The notes under the pieces were generated by a model. It was not told the DNA's origin. It did no database searches and saw nothing but the letters and a program-made list of their open reading frames with translations. The translations under genes and the position numbers were made by a program. DNA of 64,000 bases from Eledone cirrhosa (Eukaryota): positions 80,042,001 through 80,106,000 of the forward strand of contig OZ024743.1 of assembly GCA_964016885.1 (NCBI GenBank). The letters are read 5' to 3'. Below, piece by piece: positions 59,601 to 64,000 of the stretch (position 1 is its first letter; each line of letters begins with the position of its first letter).

Positions 59601-62600
59601 GACAGAATCTAGTGTGGCACTCTACCTCCCTACACTGGGAATATAGAGATGACAGAATCTAGCGTGACACTCTACCTCCCTACACTCGGAATATAGAGAT
59701 GACAGAATCTAGTGTGACACTCTACCTACACTGGGAATATAGAGATGACAGAATCTAGTGTGACACTCTACCTACACTGGGAATATAGAGATGACAGAAT
59801 CTAGTGTGACACTCTACCTCCCTACACTGGGAATATAGAGATGACAGAATCTAGTGTGACACTCTACCTCCCTACGCTGGGAATATAGAGATGACAGAAT
59901 CTAGTGTGACACTCTACCTACACTGGGAATATAGTGATGACAGAATCTAGTGTGACACTCTACCTACACTGGGAATATAGAGATGACAGAATCTAGTGTG
60001 ACACTCTACCTACACTGGGGATATAGAGATGACAGAATCTAGTGTGGCACTCTACCTCCCTACACTGGGAATATAGAGATGAGAGAATCTAGTGTGACAC
60101 TCTACCTACACTGGGGATATAGAGATGACAGAATCTAGTGTGACACTCTACCTCCCTACACTGGGAATATAGAGATGACAGAATCTAGTGTGACACTCTA
60201 CCTCCCTACACTGGGAATATAGAGATGACAGAATCTAGTGTGTCACTCTACCTCCCTACACTGGGAATATAGAGATGACAGAATCTAGTGTGACACTCTA
60301 CCTCCCTACACTGGGAATATAAAGATGACAGAATCTAGTGTGACACTCTACCTACACTGGGAATATAGAGATGACAGAATCTAGTGTGACACTCTACCTA
60401 CACTGGGAATATAGAGATGACAGAATCTAGTGTGACACTCTACCTACACTGGGAATATAGAGATGACAGAATCTAGTGTGACACTCTACCTCCCTACACT
60501 GGGAATATAAAGATGACAGAATCTAGTGTGACACTCTACCTACACTGGGAATATAGAGATGACAGAATCTAGTGTGACACTCTACCTACACTGGGAATAT
60601 AGAGATGACAGAATCTAGTGTGACACTCTACCTCCCTACACTGGGAATATAAAGATGACAGAATCTAGTGTGACACTCTACCTACACTGTGAATATAGAG
60701 AAGACAGAATCTAGTGTGACACTCTACCTACACTGGGAATATAGAGATGACAGAATCTAGTGTGACACTCTACCTACACTGGGAATATAGAGATGACAGA
60801 ATCTAGTGTGACACTCTACCTACACTGGTAATATAGAGATGACAGAATCTAGTGTGACACTCTACCTACACTGGGAATATAGAGATGACAGAATCTAGCG
60901 TGACACTCTACCTCCCTACACTGGGAATATAGAGATGACAGAATCTAGTGTGACACTCTACCTACACTGGGAATATAGAGATGACAGAATCTAGTGTAAC
61001 ACTCTACCTACACTGGGAATATAGAGATGACAGAATCTAGTGTGACACTCTACCTCCCTACACTGGGAATATAGAGATGACAGAATCTAGTGTGGCACTC
61101 TACCTCCCTACACTGGGAATATAGAGATGACAGAATCTATTGTGACACTCTACCTCCCTACACTGGGAATATAGAGATGACAGAATCTAGTGTGACACTC
61201 TACCTCCCTACGCTGGGAATATAGAGATGACAGAATCTAGTGTGACACTCTACCTACACTGGGAATATAGAGATGACAGAATCTAGTGTGACACTCTACC
61301 TACACTGGGAATATAGAGATGACAGAATCTAGTGTGGCACTCTACCTCCCTACACTGGGAATATAGAGATGACATAATCTACTGTGACACTCTACCTCCC
61401 TACACTGGGAATATAGAGATGACAGAATCTAGTGTGACACTCTACCTACACTGGGAATATAGAGATGACAGAATCTAGTGTGACACTCTACCTCCCTACA
61501 CTGGGAATATAAAGATGACAGAATCTAGTGTGACACTCTACCTACACTGGGAATATAGAGATGACAGAATCTAGTGTGACACTCTACCTACACTGGGAAT
61601 ATAGAAATGACAGAATCTAGTGTGACACTCTACCTACACTGGGAATATAGAGATGACAGAATCTAGTGTGACACTCTACCTACACTGGGAATATAGAGAT
61701 GACAGAATCTAGTGTGACACTCTACCTACACTGGGAATATAGAGATGACAGAATCTAGCGTGACACTCTACCTCCCTACACTGGGAATATAGAGATGACA
61801 GAATCTAGTGTGACACTCTACCTACACTGGGAATATAGAGATGACAGAATCTAGTGTAACACTCTACCTACACTGGGAATATAGAGATGACAGAATCTAG
61901 TGTGACACTCTACCTCCCTACACTGGGAATATAGAGATGACAGAATCTAGTGTGGCACTCTACCTCCCTACACTGGGAATATAGAGATGACAGAATCTAT
62001 TGTGACACTCTACCTCCCTACACTGGGAATATAGAGATGACAGAATCTAGTATGACACTCTACCTCCCTACGCTGGGAATATAGAGATGACAGAATCTAG
62101 TGTGACACTCTACCTACACTGGGAATATAGAGATGACAGAATCTAGTGTGACACTCTACCTACACTGGGAATATAGAGATGACAGAATCTAGTGTGGCAC
62201 TCTACCTCCCTACACTGGGAATATAGAGATGACATAATCTACTGTGACACTCTACCTCCCTACACTGGGAATATAGAGATGACAGAATCTAGTGTGACAC
62301 TCTACCTACACTGGGAATATAGAGATGACAGAATCTAGTGTGACACTCTACCTCCCTACACTGGGAATATAAAGATGACAGAATCTAGTGTGACACTCTA
62401 CCTACACTGGGAATATAGAGATGACAGAATCTAGTGTGACACTCTACCTACACTGGGAATATAGAAATGACAGAATCTAGTGTGACACTCTACCTACACT
62501 GGGAATATAGAGATGACAGAATCTAGTGTGACACTCTACCTACACTGTGAATATAGAGAAGACAGAATCTAGTGTGACACTCTACCTACACTGGGAATAT

Positions 62601-64000
62601 AGAGATGACAGAATCTAGCGTGACACTCTACCTCCCTACACTGGGAATATAGAGATGACAGAATCTAGTGTGACACTCTACCTACACTGGGAATATAGAG
62701 ATGACAGAATCTAGTGTGACACTCTACCTACACTGGGAATATAGAGATGACAGAATCTAGTGTGACACTCTACCTCCCTACACTGGGAATATAGAGATGA
62801 CAGAATCTAGTGAGACACTCTACCTCCCTACACTGGGAATATAGAGATGACAGAATCTAGTGTGGCACTCTACCTCCCTACACTGGGAATATAGAGATGA
62901 CAGAATCTAGTGTGACACTCTACCTCCCTACACTGGGAATATAGAGATGACAGAATCTAGTGTGGCACTCTACCTCCCTACACTGGGAATATAGAGATGA
63001 CAGAATCTAGTGTGACACTCTACCTCCCTACGCTGGGAATATAGAGATGACAGAATCTAGTGTGACACTCTACCTCCCTACGCTGGGAATATAGAGATGA
63101 CAGAATCTAGTGAGACACTCTACCTCCCTACACTGGGAATATAGAGATGACAGAATCTAGTGTGGCACTCTACCTCCCTACACTGGGAATATAGAGATGA
63201 CAGAATCTAGTGAGACACTCTACCTCCCTACACTGGGAATATAGAGATGACAGAATCTAGTGTGGCACTCTACCTCCCTACACTGGAAATATAGAGATGA
63301 CAGAATCTAGTGTGACACTCTACCTCCCTACGCTGGGAATATAGAGATGACAGAATCTAGTGTGACACTCTACCTACACTGGGAATATAGTGATGACAGA
63401 ATCTAGTGTGACACTCTACCTACACTGGGAATATAGAGATGACAGAATCTAGTGTGACACTCTACCTACACTGGGGATATAGAGATGACAGAATCTAGTG
63501 TGGCACTCTACCTCCCTACACTGGGAATATAGAGATGACATAATCTACTGTTACACTCTACCTCCATACACTGGGAATATAGAGATGACAGAATCTAGTG
63601 TGATACTCTACCTACACTGGGAATATAGAGATGACAGAATCTAGTGTGACACTCTACCTACACTGGGAATATAGAGATGACAGAATTTAGTGTGACACTC
63701 TACCTACACTGGGAATATAGAGATGACAGAATTTAGTGTGACACTCTACCTACACTGGGAATATAGAGATGACAGAATCTAGTGTGACACTCTACCTACA
63801 CTGGGAATATAGAGATGACAGAATCTAGTGTGACACTCTACCTCCCTACACTGGGAATATAGAGATGACAGAATCTAGTGTGACACTCTACCTCCCTACA
63901 CTGGGAATATAGAGATGACAGAATGTAGTGTGACACTCTACCTACCTACACTGTGAATATAGAGATGACAAAATCTATTGTGACACTGTAGCTACACTGG
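55920..64000. repeat. Block of about 55920-57594 repeated from about 62330 to the window end, offset 6406 bp; probably continues beyond the window
   Basis: ACTGTTACAC 57141/63547, GACAGAATGT 57511/63917, GACAAAATCT 57561/63967. Confidence 0.88.
60840..62540. repeat. Two-copy tandem duplication, period 860 bp
   Basis: CTAGTGTAAC 60991/61851 and ACTGTGACAC 61381/62241. Confidence 0.87.

Larger units (their letters stand above)
1..64000. repeat. Tandem satellite/minisatellite array with a 46-bp consensus monomer (ACACTCTACCTACACTGGGAATATAGAGATGACAGAATCTAGTGTG) plus 50-bp and 48-bp length variants; truncated by both window edges
   Basis: Positions 1-46 recur at 47, 93, 139 and onward, head-to-tail to the window end. 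Most monomers differ from consensus by 0-2 substitutions and/or a 4-bp insertion in the CTAC tract. No inversion or unique insertion was seen. Confidence 0.99.

Noticed and set aside
1-64000. CRISPR array or other repeat-spacer system
   Set aside because: There are no unique spacers. Monomers abut directly, the variable part is only a 2-4 bp slippage, and no cas genes or leader are present.
1-64000. Repetitive protein-coding ORF
   Set aside because: The + strand has stops at monomer positions 24 (TAG), 30 (TGA), 40 (TAG) and 45 (TGA), and the - strand has three TAGs. Stops occupy two frames per monomer and the 46/50-bp lengths rotate the frame, so all six frames close within about two monomers.
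1-64000. Tandem tRNA, 5S, snRNA or spliced-leader gene array
   Set aside because: The unit is too short and shows no cloverleaf, A/B boxes, poly-T terminator or Sm site.
1-64000. Telomeric repeat or G-quadruplex array
   Set aside because: There is no TTAGGG-like unit, and only one GGG run per monomer on a strand, spaced about 46 bp apart.
1-64000. Pure sequencing artefact (rolling-circle or concatemer product)
   Set aside because: Variants are inherited in nested, ordered blocks with copy-specific differences, which fits evolutionary duplication rather than random error on one template. Individual duplications could still be mis-assembled.
1-64000. Mobile-element insertion or inversion inside the array
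   Set aside because: No unique sequence, terminal repeats, target-site duplications or reverse-orientation monomers (CACACTAGATTCTGTCATC) were seen on reading through.

Overview
The whole 64 kb window is one uninterrupted, single-orientation tandem array (minisatellite/satellite DNA) of a 46-bp monomer, ACACTCTACCTACACTGGGAATATAGAGATGACAGAATCTAGTGTG (19/46 G+C, no CpG). Common length variants are 50 bp (+CTAC or +CTCC) and 48 bp. There are roughly 1,350 copies, and the array runs off both ends of the window. I found no gene, RNA gene, transposon, CRISPR spacer or unique sequence, and no evidence for a new protein-coding system. The information lies in the array architecture. Rare point variants reveal nested, near-identical multi-monomer duplications with offsets of 1208, 3442, 2574, 1566, 6552, 3460, 2051, 5481, 5502, 5106, 2158, 860 and 6406 bp, and some of these can be ordered in time. 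Also visible are an older recurring variant cassette, an internal ~15-bp subrepeat within the monomer, and an indel cluster at ~14.3-15.0 kb that may be an assembly artefact. Offsets were counted by hand from marker variants, and block boundaries are approximate to about one or two monomers. The organism and satellite family cannot be identified from the sequence alone; a eukaryotic origin is an inference.
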